Source: Tricharina praecox
Taxonomy: Eukaryota
Direction: 5' to 3'
DNA: 64,000 nt
NCBI RefSeq assembly: GCF_024521635.1
Contig: NW_026250428.1
Span: 1-64,000, forward strand
In this document: positions 10,800-21,448 of the stretch, piece by piece
Layout: every line of letters begins with the position of its first letter
Numbering within the stretch: position 1 is the first letter of the stretch
The notes under the pieces: generated by a model
The model's database searches: none
The model's input: only the letters and a program-made list of their open reading frames with translations
Told to the model about the DNA's origin: nothing
Program-made: the position numbers and the translations under genes

Positions 10800-11450
10800 G
10801 GTAGATCGATTAATGGTATTATCGATATCGCGAGAGAGAGAACGCCAATTCCTTGTCGCAGAGGGCCCTATTAGACTATGCCCCCCCGCCTCCCAGTCCT
10901 TTCCTGCCAGCCCCGCGAGAGCAAAAATAAATCTCTGTCGTCGCGGTTCGATGCTGCGCCGCTGCCGACCGAAATCCGAGAGCCAACGAGAAAAGAAAGA
11001 GAAAAAGAAATAAACAACGAGGACCGCAGCCTCGCACTCCCGTTCTCGCCCCCTCTCGCCCTCCTTTTCGGCCTCCTCATCTCTTGGGATTTTTGTCCCC
11101 ACGTCCGTTGTTTTGAGGTGTTCAGAGCATCACTCATCGGCGAACATGTTTATCATGCTCCGCTTCCTCTTCCCTGTTCGCGTCTTTTGTCGTCCTTGTG
11201 TACATCGCCGTCTGCTGGGCTCGCCATTTTCTCTGGATGATGCTTGGAGAGCGTGATACTGTCCTGGGCATATTTCGCATGTCTTAATTCGCTTCGTGGC
11301 GGCTTGGGAATCAGTGAATATGGCGACCCTGGTGAGGCGAGTGCCGCGTTGGATCTCTTGTGCTGCCGCTGTCTTGGAGGCCCCGAAAATGGCTGCGCAC
11401 TCGGCGTCATATGCTTCTTGCTTAAGTCCCATATGCGTCCCGACTCCCGA
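10800..11450 (-). mobile_element. Tad1-like LINE remnant: partial RNase H plus ORF2 C-terminus and 3' UTR
   Basis: THMGLKQEAYDAECAAI...RVAIFTDSQAATKRI...PGQYHALQA carries the RNase H E and D motifs; it is followed by MINMFADE*CSEHLKTTDVG, the ORF2 tail with a stop. Left boundary approximate. Confidence 0.8.
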
Positions 11451-11689
11451 TGCCTCTCTAGTTTCCGTCTCCTCCCTTCCACACCGTCGCATACCCGCTC
11501 GCTCCGTCTCGCGCTTTGCCGAGCCCTAGCCGTAGGGAAAGCCGTCGTCGTATGTCGCTTTAAGCTCCGATAATGTCCCCAGCATGTTCTCCTCGGGGAA
11601 GGGCGGCTGATTTCAGGGCGGCTCGCCTCGTGCGGTTGTTGAGGAGTGATTCGCCCGGCCGAAGTGGTTGGCATTGGTAGTGATTGGCG

Positions 11690-11900
11690 GCGGCGAGGCG
11701 TGTGAACGGCATCGGTAAGGACGCCGGTGGTCGTGGTACGGAAGCCGGTGGTCGTGGTAAGGATGATGGTGCTCGTGGTATGGAAGCTGTGCTTGTGATA
11801 CGGAAGCCGGTGATCGTCGTACGACAGTAAATACGCGTGGAGAGTTTGGTGCTCGTGGTACGGAAGGTAGTGCTCTTGGTACGGGGGCCGGTACGGAAGA
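11690..11900 (-). repeat. Degenerate 21-bp tandem repeat (unit like ccgtaccacgaccaccggctt; LPYHDHR in one frame), probably a decayed downstream exon of the 12193-13209 locus
   Basis: Repeated ggtggtcgtggta(c/a)gga units on the plus strand. An intron-like GTATGT..GCTAAC..AAG lies at ~12038-11987 on the minus strand. Confidence 0.5.
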
Positions 11901-12192
11901 TTCCATCGCTACTCGATCTCGTTGCTTGGAATACTCGTAGCTATCTCGGTGTAGTTTGATGAGCATCATTCATGAACCGTGAACGCCTTGGAAGATGTTA
12001 GCAATCGACAATCTAGGTCCGAAGCAGAAAGCACATACCCGCTCGACCGCGAATCCAGCCGCTCATTTCCTACCGGTACCGACGTAGGATGTTGCCAGGC
12101 CCACCATGGGCACCCTCCTCTTCACCGGCGCACACCTGTTGTCGTTTTTGTCGGAAGCGACAACGTTGCGGCGAGCCACCTGCGGCATCTCC

Positions 12193-13209
12193 TCACGGTT
12201 TCTCCCCGCCGTTTCCAATTGCTGCGCTGTACTCTCTGTAGGCGTCGGTATACGTTTTGTAGGCATCGCGCTTCGTCTGGTGGGCTTTGCGGTCCTTTTT
12301 GTCGGCTTTGAGGTTGACGCGATTCGCTTCGAAGTATCGTCTCTCGGCTTCGAGGTAGTTTTTGTACGCCTCGCTGCTCTTTATGTACGCTTCGAGATCC
12401 TTCTTGTAGACTCCAAGGTCCTCTCGGTATGTTTCGCCCTTCTTTCTGTGCGCTTCGCCCCTCTTTCGGTCGCCTCCGGGGTTGCCTTCGAGGTTGGCCT
12501 TGCGTTTGGCTTCGGGACTGGCTTTGCGCTTGGCCTCGAAGAGGGCTTCGAAGTGGTCTTTGCGTTTGGCCGGGCAGTTGGCTTCGTATTTATTTTCGAA
12601 GATCCAACCGAGGTGAGCTTCGTGGTTGGCTTCGTGGTTGGCTTCGAAGTGGGATTTGTGTTTAGCCGTAGGATTGGCTTCGGGATAGAGTTCGAGGTTC
12701 GCTTCGCGGCTGGCTTCGAGGTTGGCTTCGTGATTGTCTTCAGGTATGGCTTCGTGGTTGGCTTTGGGACAGGCCTCGAGGTTGATTTTGGGACAGGCCT
12801 CGAGGTTGGCTTTGCGACTAGCTTCGGGGATGGTTTCGGCGTCGGCTTTACGTTTAGCCGCCGGGCTGGCTTGTCGGCTGGCCTTGCGTTTGAATCGCGG
12901 GTTGGCTTCGCGATTGTCTTCAGGGATGGCTTCTCGGTGGGCTTCAAGCTTGGATTCTCGGTTGTCCTTGAGTTTCGCTTCGGGATTGACATTGCGTCTG
13001 GCTTCGAGATTGGCTTCGAGATTGGCTTCGAGATTGGCTTCGAGATTGGCTTCGAGATTGGCTTCGAGATTGGCTTCAAAGGTTGCTTTGTATTTGGCAT
13101 CTCGGATTGCTTCGTGTCGCTTGGCCGTGGATTTAACGTCTTGGGCTACGGCGATGGTCTCGAGATCCTCCGCGCCGGACACGCGGTTGCTATCGAGAAA
13201 CTGGGACAT
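12193..13209 (-). CDS. Repeat-built hypothetical protein (338 aa): EANL/EANH/EAKR 4-aa repeats followed by 7-aa (heptad) repeats, likely coiled-coil
   Basis: cacaATGtcc start context; 12-bp unit (cgaagccaatct) perfectly repeated around 13000-13078 and diverged elsewhere; 21-bp periodicity near 12250-12460. Confidence 0.5.
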   Translation of the reverse strand: MSQFLDSNRVSGAEDLETIAVAQDVKSTAKRHEAIRDAKYKATFEANLEANLEANLEANLEANLEANLEARRNVNPEAKLKDNRESKLEAHREAIPEDNREANPRFKRKASRQASPAAKRKADAETIPEASRKANLEACPKINLEACPKANHEAIPEDNHEANLEASREANLELYPEANPTAKHKSHFEANHEANHEAHLGWIFENKYEANCPAKRKDHFEALFEAKRKASPEAKRKANLEGNPGGDRKRGEAHRKKGETYREDLGVYKKDLEAYIKSSEAYKNYLEAERRYFEANRVNLKADKKDRKAHQTKRDAYKTYTDAYREYSAAIGNGGEKP

Positions 13210-14054
13210 TGTGCACTTAAGTATTCGAGGCCTCTAGGTCGAAAGATTGAAAGAGGAGTGAGTACTGATAGGGTGTGGACAAACGATTGGCGAATGTTTT
13301 GTTTATGATGGGGTGCGGCGGATGTGGGGTTGTGGGGTGCGGAGTAATGGGTTCGTGGGTGAACGAGCCAGAGCCCGCCACGCGTCGATGGACTCTGGAG
13401 GGCTCTCTCCGCATTTTCACACCATGCTTAAACAGAATGGTGAATGCAGCTAAGTTGTGCGGCTCAAAGTCACGTGGGAGCTATTTATCCTTCATAGCTC
13501 CCGCGGACCCGTCTGGAGCTGCTGCGGTTCCCCGCCAACACACCAGTACGTAACCGAACAGCACGAATCTAACCTGCGCCCGCGACCGATAAACAGAGGG
13601 ATTTACTGTATCCGTCCGACTGCCTTGGGCATCCTGCGTGTTGGTGGACAACTATGTATCAACTGGTCATGGCGGCATTAAACAACTTCTGTGGTTGTAC
13701 TCAGGGAAGGGGCAAGGGATGAATGATTGATTGGTTGATTGATTCGAATCTAATGAATGAGTCCCGTTTAGCGAAAAGTAATGAGCACCAATTACATGCG
13801 CGACCCAGTTGGCCACGGCCGGGTTTTAGACGTTAGCTATCACTCATGTTCCCGGAAGATGCGCAATATTATTTTCACTAGCGAGGGGGAGACAGGCTCT
13901 GTAACTTCCACGGTCTATTGAGGACGAATGCAATGATCAAATAGTAACCCCGCTGACAATCCCTCCCACACAGAACAAACGAGTGACTCCGTGAAGTTTT
14001 GGATCATGCCTCTTCGCCCCAGACCACCCACCCACCAGCCCGACCATCACCGTC

Positions 14055-14915
14055 TCACGAAGCCTCGCCATGAAAAAGTAGAAAATAGAGAAACGTCCTA
14101 AACGTCTCGAGCAGCGACACCTCTAAGTCCTCCAGCTCCTCGCCCTCCAAGTATTCGCTATCGTCCTCCAAGTACCGGTAGTCTTTATCGTCAGCTATCA
14201 CCGAATCCTCCTCCACCTCCACCTCCTTCTCCGCTACAACCACCACTAATTTCTTCCCCCCATACCCCTCATCTTCGTCATACTTCTCTACCACACCCTC
14301 ATACTCCTCCCGGTCCTCCTCCTCCTCGTCGTCCGCGTCCTCCTCCTCCTCCTCATGCACAGTATACAGCTCAACATTCTTCACCGGAACATCCGGCAGC
14401 TCACTGGCAGGCGCGGCATAGAGCGGTCGTATGCGCGAGGCGCTATTCGTGCGCCGTGCGTAATCGACCGCAACTGCGGAGGGCGTGATGTGCAGCGTCG
14501 TGGTATCAACGGAGTACCGGTGCCTGGCGACCTTGCCGCGCACAAAGATCTCGTCTTTGGTGAGCGCTGGGAGAGGGGTTAATGGGATTCGGAGCAGGAT
14601 GAGGAGGATGGGAGAGGGAGGAGGGCTGGGGAAGCTGGGGATATGGGGAAATGGGAGGATTGAAGGATGCGTGGGGAAGATGCATGGGGAAGACGGACTG
14701 TTATTCATCACTGGGCACAGTTCGTCGTCCGTGATGGTTAGGCGGAGGAGGAGGAAGGGGAACGTGGTCGGCTGCTGTGGGGATTGGTGATGCCGGGACT
14801 TGTGATGGGGCGACTTGTGATGCGGAGACCGGTGCTGCAAAGTCGGATGCTTCGAGATGCGGGTCTGGGGAGTCGCTGCTCGTGGGGAGTCCGGGGAGTG
14901 CGGGCAAGTGGACAT
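14055..14915 (-). CDS. Hypothetical protein with His/Pro-rich N-terminus and highly acidic C-terminus; probable in-frame 132-nt intron at 14698-14567
   Basis: 286-aa ORF. GTCCGT donor at 14698 and ATTAAC..CAG acceptor at 14567 would remove a pyrimidine-rich low-complexity stretch without changing frame. Confidence 0.55.
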   Translation of the reverse strand: MSTCPHSPDSPRAATPQTRISKHPTLQHRSPHHKSPHHKSRHHQSPQQPTTFPFLLLRLTITDDELCPVMNNSPSSPCIFPTHPSILPFPHIPSFPSPPPSPILLILLRIPLTPLPALTKDEIFVRGKVARHRYSVDTTTLHITPSAVAVDYARRTNSASRIRPLYAAPASELPDVPVKNVELYTVHEEEEEDADDEEEEDREEYEGVVEKYDEDEGYGGKKLVVVVAEKEVEVEEDSVIADDKDYRYLEDDSEYLEGEELEDLEVSLLETFRTFLYFLLFHGEAS

Positions 14916-15717
14916 GATTTTGATGCTGATGGTGCGATTGAGAAGCTCTTCCCCGCCACAGATGAGAAGCCAAGAGGATGTGTCAGAGAGGGATGGATGG
15001 AGGGGTTAATCGTTATCGACCAGAGCGGAGGGTAGACACTGGAGATGATTGGATCTCTGGTTGGATATGGATATGGACATGGTCGGCCGGAATAGGCGAC
15101 CAAACCCCTTGCATTGCGACAAGGCGAACCTAGCGTTCAACGTCGGATGCAACCGGCCTGGAGAAGACACTATCCTCCCAAAAGAGCTCCAAAATCACCG
15201 GCTACAAGATCTCGGGATTGATGCTATTACTGCTGCTAGCGAAGCTTCCTCGAGGTGAGACATTTTGGCCGTCGTGGTAATTAGGTTACTCTACTGTTGC
15301 CGATCAGCTATCGGCAACCGTGAGCGAAAGTAAAAATGAAGAACATACCGAGCCGACGCGTCGCCGTGAACCTTCTTGCTAGATAACGGTAGTGTTCGTA
15401 ACCTGAACTCGCATATACCCGAAATATCATGGTTTGGCCGATGAAGTCACCGAAAGAATTGCCTTCACGCCGAAGTCGAGCATAAGCTCTGGAGTAAATA
15501 CTCTAATCGTGTCGAGATTATGAGCTCGGGCGAGTCTCCATTGATAAACTTTACGCGTATAGTCAAAACCCATGCCGAATGTGACATCTCCGGACTCATC
15601 GCGAAATACCGAGTTGACGATCCTGCATCAACCCCTAACGAATGTGCTGGGCTACCAGGCTATTCATTCCCATATCCAGATTTCCAGAATGCGGAACCCA
15701 GGGTCAACACACCTACT

Positions 15718-15738
15718 CCCCCCCCCCCCCCCCCCCCC
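15718..15738. repeat. C21 homopolymer
   Basis: Direct read; a second run (C19) lies at 53863-53881. Confidence 0.9.
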
Positions 15739-16939
15739 ACCACCCCACTTCCCCTGTTTCCCGCGCCGCCCTGACGGTGCAATGACGTGAGATCCGTGGC
15801 GAATCTGCGGTATCGCTACTTCAAGCGGTTAGGTAGCCACGTCTGCACGCAGGGGCTGTGTGGATTCACTGCGACGGCTTTGACGAGCGATAAAACTGCA
15901 CCGAAGTACCAGCTGAAACCCGTCCCTGCGGATCCAGCACACCCACCACACCCACCCAGCAATAAACCGCTCGAATAGTCGAATAGTCGCCCTCCACGCC
16001 TACCCGGTCAAAACAGCCGCTGCTTCACAGACACGATTAACTGGCACATCCGCAGCATCGACAGAATTTCCAGCCAAAAGAATCGGTAGGCACGGCATTC
16101 TAGCGTGTGACGTTACGCGACCACGCGGAGCCGTACGAGACGTTCGCAACCATGGTTGCGGTGTCTGAAACTAACTTTGGAATCGCATCTGGAGGAATTG
16201 TATGGCTGAGGGGCTGAGGGCTCAGGGCCGAAGGTTGTCGCGACTCGTCAGGGCGATCCCAAAGCAGATGGAGAAGTAGAGGAATCTTGGGAAGAAGGCA
16301 CAGGCTATGGCTGGATACAACTAACTCCACCTCTAGATACCCCATAGGAGCATCCGCTACCTAAGTCTATTCACCTCGTACAAATGCCCATACAGTACAT
16401 GATCATAATCATGAATTGGCACTCGCTACGGTTTCGCGATTGATCTGGATTTCTGCTATATGGTAGTTATCGAAAGGGGATAGGGAGGGGTAAGGAGGGG
16501 TAATAGTCACTGCATGATCAGTGGCAGCTTCGCAGATAAACAGCGTAGCTAGGCCATCGTGGACTCTCGCGATCATCCCGTCACCCCTAGTGATGTTTGC
16601 AGGCGGTTCCCGGGGGTGGCTGTGGAAGAAACGGCCAGCGATGCGGCAGACTGGGAGATCGGGTTGAGGGAAGAGGGAGAGAAGCAGCAGAGCACTGGAA
16701 TTTACCTACCGCCGGTGTCTTCTGGGGCCTCCGTCTCCCCCGTTCGGCTTACCTTCTTGCCTTTACTCTGGCTCTGACTATGTCCCGTCTATTGTTGTTA
16801 CTGGGGTTTGGTAGGCTGATCATTGGGGCAAGTAGGCCGCGTGGGGTCGGTCGTTGGACAATCACCACTTCTTCTGCTAGACCGAGACATGTCCTCCGGA
16901 TGATACCATGTAGCGAAGCGACATTGAGCGGCGGTGAAA

Positions 16940-16994
16940 GAGACAGAGCAGTGAGAGACAGAGCAGTGGGAGACAGCGCAGTGAGAGACAGAGC
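16940..16994. repeat. 15-bp tandem repeat, about 3.7 copies (gagacagagcagtga)
   Basis: Direct read. Confidence 0.8.
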
Positions 16995-17372
16995 TGAGGG
17001 ATAGCGGAAGAAACTGAGGTGTATTGCCCAGGTGAAGAGAGGTAATTCTGGGGCTCGCAGGGCGGGTAAATAAGAGGTTTATTATTGGCTGCGAGTGATA
17101 TGTAGTAAACCAGGATCACACTGAGTAGGAGCCGCTCACTCGCCCCACGACACAAGTGCCGAAACGTAAGTGGATTTCGGGTTACCACTCACCTTTTGAC
17201 GTTGTGCATCACAACCACCACAACAACATTCGTTCTACAACCATCCTCCACCACAACATTCCCTCTTCCCTCTTCCCTCTCCCCTCCACCATTACCCCAA
17301 CGGTCGCTCTACCCCCAACTCCCCTGCACACTCTTTCTTTGTACTCACACCTCCTTCCACTCCGCTCTATCA

Positions 17373-18800
17373 ATGTCGTCCTCCGCAAACATCAAGCCGG
17401 TCGCCGCCGAGGTAGCTCACGCCGAAAAGACTTCCCCGGTATCCGTTGTCCTCGAGCAAGCTGCTGGATCCGAAGAAGCTTCCGAAGGAAAGGTCGATTC
17501 TTCTATCAACCATCGTCCGGACGAGATCGTAGAGCAGTCGGCAGAGAAAATCACCGAAGAGCCTGTCGACATCGCCGCCGGAAAGGCTACCGACCAAGCT
17601 GTCGCGCAGACCGGAGAGGCTAATGCTTCTGTCGTTGAAGGCCTGATCAAGGAGGAATCACCGGATGAGGATGAAGGCTTGATCAAAAACACCGTTGATT
17701 TCTTCAGTCTGGGTGTGAAGGATGAATCAGGGGATTTCCTTTCAGCACCCAACGAACCGACCTTTGGCCAAGCAGTTGCGAAGGCGGTCGAGAAAATTAT
17801 GGAACATACCATCGACAGGATCCTTCGGCTGGTGTTGGATAGGATCATGCAGGAAATTAACGCGACGTCTCTTGACGGGGATGACGAGACCAACGGCGAG
17901 GCTGGGGCTTCTGCTAATGAGGATGGCCCCGACAAGCTCATCGTTGAGTTTCCCTTCCGTCTGATTAAGAAGGAAGTGTATATCCTGTCCGTCACCAACA
18001 ACCAGGCTATCGCGAAGAACGCCGAGCGGATCGTTATAAAGATCATCGACAAAATTGTCCAGAAGATTAAAGAGCAGACTTTTGAGGAGGCTGAGGCTGG
18101 CGAGCAGGCTGCGGCTTTCGAGGAGGCTGCGGCTGTGGCCACCGACGAGATCAATGCTTGTGTCAACGATGTCGTGGAGGAGATGATTGCTGGCTCCTCC
18201 GATCTCCTTTCCGAAGATGAACCGAGCAACGTCCCTTCCGCGACTGCTGAGGACATCGATAACCAGATGGCCGAGCCGACCACGGTGCAGCCGACTGGCG
18301 ACGCTTCTGCCGACGAGATCGCCGTTGATCCCAGCGAAAACCGTCTTCCACGCGATGCGTCGTTCCAGCATCTCCTTGAAGATCCCGTCCAGCAGGTGGC
18401 CGTGGTGCACCTCCTTGAAGACCCTAGCCAGCTGGTGGCCGCCAAGCACTTCGTCGAGCTGACCGACGAGCAGAACAACACGACCAGGCACATCACGATG
18501 GACGATTTGCTCTCCATTCTCGACTTGGACAGCGTGCGGATCGACCCTGCGTTCGCCAAAAAGTGTTACACGGGCTTCATCTTGTCCGAGATCGCTAAAA
18601 CAAAGGCCACCGAAGAGCTGAAAGTTGCGCTCCGTAAAAACAGAGTCTTGGAAGAACAGCTGGACGGCTTCCGAAACATCAACGCGAAGATGGTAGCGAG
18701 AATGCTTGACGATGTCAAGCAGAAGAGAGATATGGCAAAGGTATATCCAAAATGGGAGCAGGTGGGGACAGCGATGAGGATGGCAGCTAACAAGTGGTAG
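17373..18800 (+). CDS. Intronless acidic (Glu/Asp/Ala-rich) hypothetical protein, 475 aa, with a C-terminal coiled-coil-like segment
   Basis: tcaATGtcg start after a CT-rich 5' leader; long ORF with strong GAG/GAC/GCC usage; internal repeats (IIDKIVQKIKE / TIDRILRLVLDRIMQE; HLLEDP twice). Confidence 0.75.
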   Translation: MSSSANIKPVAAEVAHAEKTSPVSVVLEQAAGSEEASEGKVDSSINHRPDEIVEQSAEKITEEPVDIAAGKATDQAVAQTGEANASVVEGLIKEESPDEDEGLIKNTVDFFSLGVKDESGDFLSAPNEPTFGQAVAKAVEKIMEHTIDRILRLVLDRIMQEINATSLDGDDETNGEAGASANEDGPDKLIVEFPFRLIKKEVYILSVTNNQAIAKNAERIVIKIIDKIVQKIKEQTFEEAEAGEQAAAFEEAAAVATDEINACVNDVVEEMIAGSSDLLSEDEPSNVPSATAEDIDNQMAEPTTVQPTGDASADEIAVDPSENRLPRDASFQHLLEDPVQQVAVVHLLEDPSQLVAAKHFVELTDEQNNTTRHITMDDLLSILDLDSVRIDPAFAKKCYTGFILSEIAKTKATEELKVALRKNRVLEEQLDGFRNINAKMVARMLDDVKQKRDMAKVYPKWEQVGTAMRMAANKW

Positions 18801-19735
18801 ACTATGGAACGACAGCTACAAGAGGTTCAAGTTTTGCGCCAGGCTACTAAAAGTGGCTGCGACCTGCCGAAATGAACTGAAGCGGCCAAGGCAGCTTCGG
18901 TTTCAGGAGTGTTTGTTGTCTGGGGCGTATGGGGAAAATGAGGTTGTCTTTCGATTGTTTACTCACCAATAAACGTTCGGTTTAGTGGCTCTTAATAGTC
19001 CGGTTCTCAGAGATGAGTTGGTAAACGTTCGAAGTGAAACAATTGTAGCCGGCCGTGAAGCACAAAGCCCCAGACCAGGAAGGTCACGATGACGAGGCAA
19101 CTGGTAGCCATGCTCAGAGAACTGGGCTTTCAAAGTCGAGGATCCTCATGTAGGTATTTGGAGCGGGAGTGGGATAGGACTGGACAGAGTAGCGGAATAG
19201 CGGAGGAGTGTTTCGCGCGAAGCCTTGACGTATGTCGGTAACGACTGTCCGCCATTAACTATTGTCTGATAAGATAAGCCCATCTCGTGACAGGCCACGA
19301 TCATTAGCACCGACCAGCCTTTCGCGCCCACTACATTCACCCCACCCCTGCGCAGATCTGGGAGTGCCTAGTGTAACTGACCTCCCTTGCCTCGCCCGAC
19401 GATGTCAGACGCCTCGTCCCACGATGTCTGACGGGCCCCATCGATGGCCCGGAACGGCCCGGTCCTGAAGCTTTCCCGAAATCAAGGGGACACAAACAAT
19501 GAGGGGAAATGGGTGAAAAAGTCAATTTCAAGGACTGGCTTTCGAGGTATGGTTTCTGAAGAGGTGGAATACGCGTACTCTGGAGAACAACGTAAAAATG
19601 AGTCAATCGAAACCGAGTTCTAGATTCCCAAGGAGGTCAAAGAAACCTTTTTTTGTTTCACGGCAAAAGTCTATAATGCCATAGGTTTTGGCACAATAGT
19701 ATAATGCCATAGTTTTTTCGACGTTTCAAACCAAC

Positions 19736-19835
19736 CAGACTAGTCCGTCCGCACACCGCTCCCGGACGAACTACCGAGCTACAGTCCAATCCGGTCTGAG
19801 GCCCAGGACGGAGGGACTGGACTATGTAGACACTG
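19736..19835 (-). mobile_element. 100-bp hAT-like mini-element nested at the inner edge of the left MULE TIR
   Basis: Flanked by aaaccaac (19728-19735) and aaatcaac (19836-19843), a 7/8 match 8-bp TSD; CAG...CTG ends; other copies at 3821-3920 and 25293-25355. Confidence 0.7.
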
Positions 19836-19899
19836 AAATCAACAGCAACCATCCAGGCAGTGTAGTTCAGATGGAGAATACCCGTTTAGGATGGCAGAG

Positions 19900-20289
19900 C
19901 AGGCCTGGAAATCGTCCGTTCAGTCCGTCTTGGACTATGCCCCGGACGGGACCGAATTTGTCGGGCCTGGCATATCAACGACTGTAGGGCTCCGGGCAAG
20001 CCAGAGGAGGACTGAAGCCCCATTGGGGACCGGAGAATATGCCGCTACTGGTACTAGTCGTGGCATAGTGGCGCAGCAGGCTGCCACTGGGATCGGATGG
20101 AAAATTTCCGCAGAACTCACGGATGAAATTTCGGGTTTCAGGTTAGCCGGCACCGCACTGAACGTTCCCGGGTCCGGGCTTTTTGGACCTGGGACTGAAC
20201 CCGACTCGTCCGGCAAATCCTCGCCCCAGACGGGATCGAGTTGCCGGGCCCCAATTGTCTTCCGTCCGGACGGACTATTCCCAGGCCTG
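19900..20289. mobile_element. 390-bp hAT-like MITE nested in the MULE
   Basis: TIRs caggcctggaaatcgtccgt / acggactattcccaggcctg; perfect 8-bp TSD tggcagag at 19892-19899 and 20290-20297. Confidence 0.9.
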
Positions 20290-20597
20290 TGGCAGAGTAT
20301 TTGGGGCGTTAAGTAATCATACTCTTTTGCGATGGCCCTTTCACTAATGCCTCTCCAGGCCGGAAGTGGATCGTGAGAAGGAGAACACACAAGGGGGCAT
20401 AGAGGATTTAGAGTGGTGGTGTGTGTTTGAGTGGTGGTTGGTTTGAAACGTCAAAAAAAACTATGGCATTATAGACATTTTCCCAAAACTATCGCATTAT
20501 AGACTACTGTGCCAAAAACTATGACATTATAGACGTTTGCCGTTTGTTTAATCATCGTTGCCTTCGACCTTAACAGATCATGACAGATTATATAAGC

Positions 20598-20970
20598 TTT
20601 TTCAGTAATTGCTTGCGACCAATGTAGATCATAGCACACACTCCGGTTCCCCGCCACTGTCCGACCCGACTTTCATCGAGTAGCCCGATGTGGCTTTCCC
20701 TGCCCACCGCCTCCGCCTGTCCCCGTAATGAAGATAGAGCGCACTAAGGATATAACCTCTCCATGCCCCCCTCCGCCTGCTGCTTCTTCCAAAAGGGGTA
20801 CCATGGAAGAAGGTGTGGGGAGGAACAGCGAGACTGAGCCCGGCTCCTCAACCTCAGCACCCTCCTCCTCCTCACGCCTGAGCTCAGCCTCCCTTTCTTC
20901 CTGCTCCCCGAGTTCCCACTCGGAGACCTCACTGTCTGTATCTTCCTCAGCGGCCTCAGGCATTCTAACC
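20598..20970 (-). mobile_element. Tad1-like LINE 3' end (acidic ORF2 tail plus 3' UTR)
   Basis: Minus frame AEEDTDSEVSEWELGEQEEREAELRREEEEGAEVEEPGSVSLFLPTPSSM; DNA homologous to 34656-35080 and 10477-10668. Confidence 0.75.
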
Positions 20971-21379
20971 AGGGCGGTCAACCGTCCGTCCGTCGTCCCG
21001 TCCCGAGCAGGTTTTCCAGAGGACTGACATCCCGTCCGGAGGTACGGAGGATGAAATGCCCGGATACCCGACATACTATGATGAATACCAGTTTACGGAG
21101 TAGTACATAGCGCGGTGGCTACCAAAAGAATTTTCAGAGTGGTCAAACAGGCGCGGGGGATAAACAAGTGCTGGAGGTAGGAACGGGGATGGTGTGAAAG
21201 TTCAACACCGTGAGAGCCACTGTGAAATACAGGTGCACAGCCACACATCCACACACGGGCACCGCCGTGTGGCGTCACGCCGCTAGCAGTGTCCTAATGT
21301 CCCAGTCCATTCCGGGCTTTGCAGGGTATCCGTCATCAATTCGCCAGCCCGGAAGACTACATATAGTCCTTGTTCTCCT

Positions 21380-21448
21380 CAGCCCGACTAATTGCGTCCC
21401 GTCTCGGGCAACCCCAAAGACGGACTGGACGGACAGTTGACCGCTCTA
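21380..21448 (-). mobile_element. Short remnant related to the left end of the 19900-20289 MITE
   Basis: Reverse complement gtccgtccagtccgtctttggggttgcccgagacgggacgcaattagtcgggctg resembles ~19914-19969. Confidence 0.45.

Larger units (their letters stand above)
19661..20542. mobile_element. Non-autonomous Mutator-like element (882 bp) with ~75-105-bp TIRs and 9-bp TSD
   Basis: Ends cggcaaa... / ...tttgccg; subterminal tctataatg(c/t)catag repeats in both arms; shared gacgtttcaaaccaac; flanks tttgtttca (19652-19660) and tttgtttaa (20543-20551). Confidence 0.85.

Noticed and set aside
12950..13080. CRISPR-like array
   Set aside because: Contiguous 12-bp tandem units with no unique spacers, in a eukaryotic context with no cas genes.
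12106..13308. 400-aa plus-strand hydrophobic ORF as a membrane protein
   Set aside because: Most simply the antisense shadow of the 12-bp array; the minus-strand frame has the better start context.
15718..15738. Poly-C runs (also 53863-53881) as functional G-quadruplex sites
   Set aside because: Homopolymers are common and their lengths are assembly-sensitive; no supporting context.
17417..18559. Long minus-strand ORFs (380 and 249 aa)
   Set aside because: Antisense shadows of the codon-biased 17373-18800 gene.
19891..20390. 141-aa and 151-aa ORFs, and the similar N-terminus of the 2452-2928 ORF
   Set aside because: The peptide similarity (TEFVG..IS.TVGLRASQRR) comes from shared MITE DNA, not a protein family.
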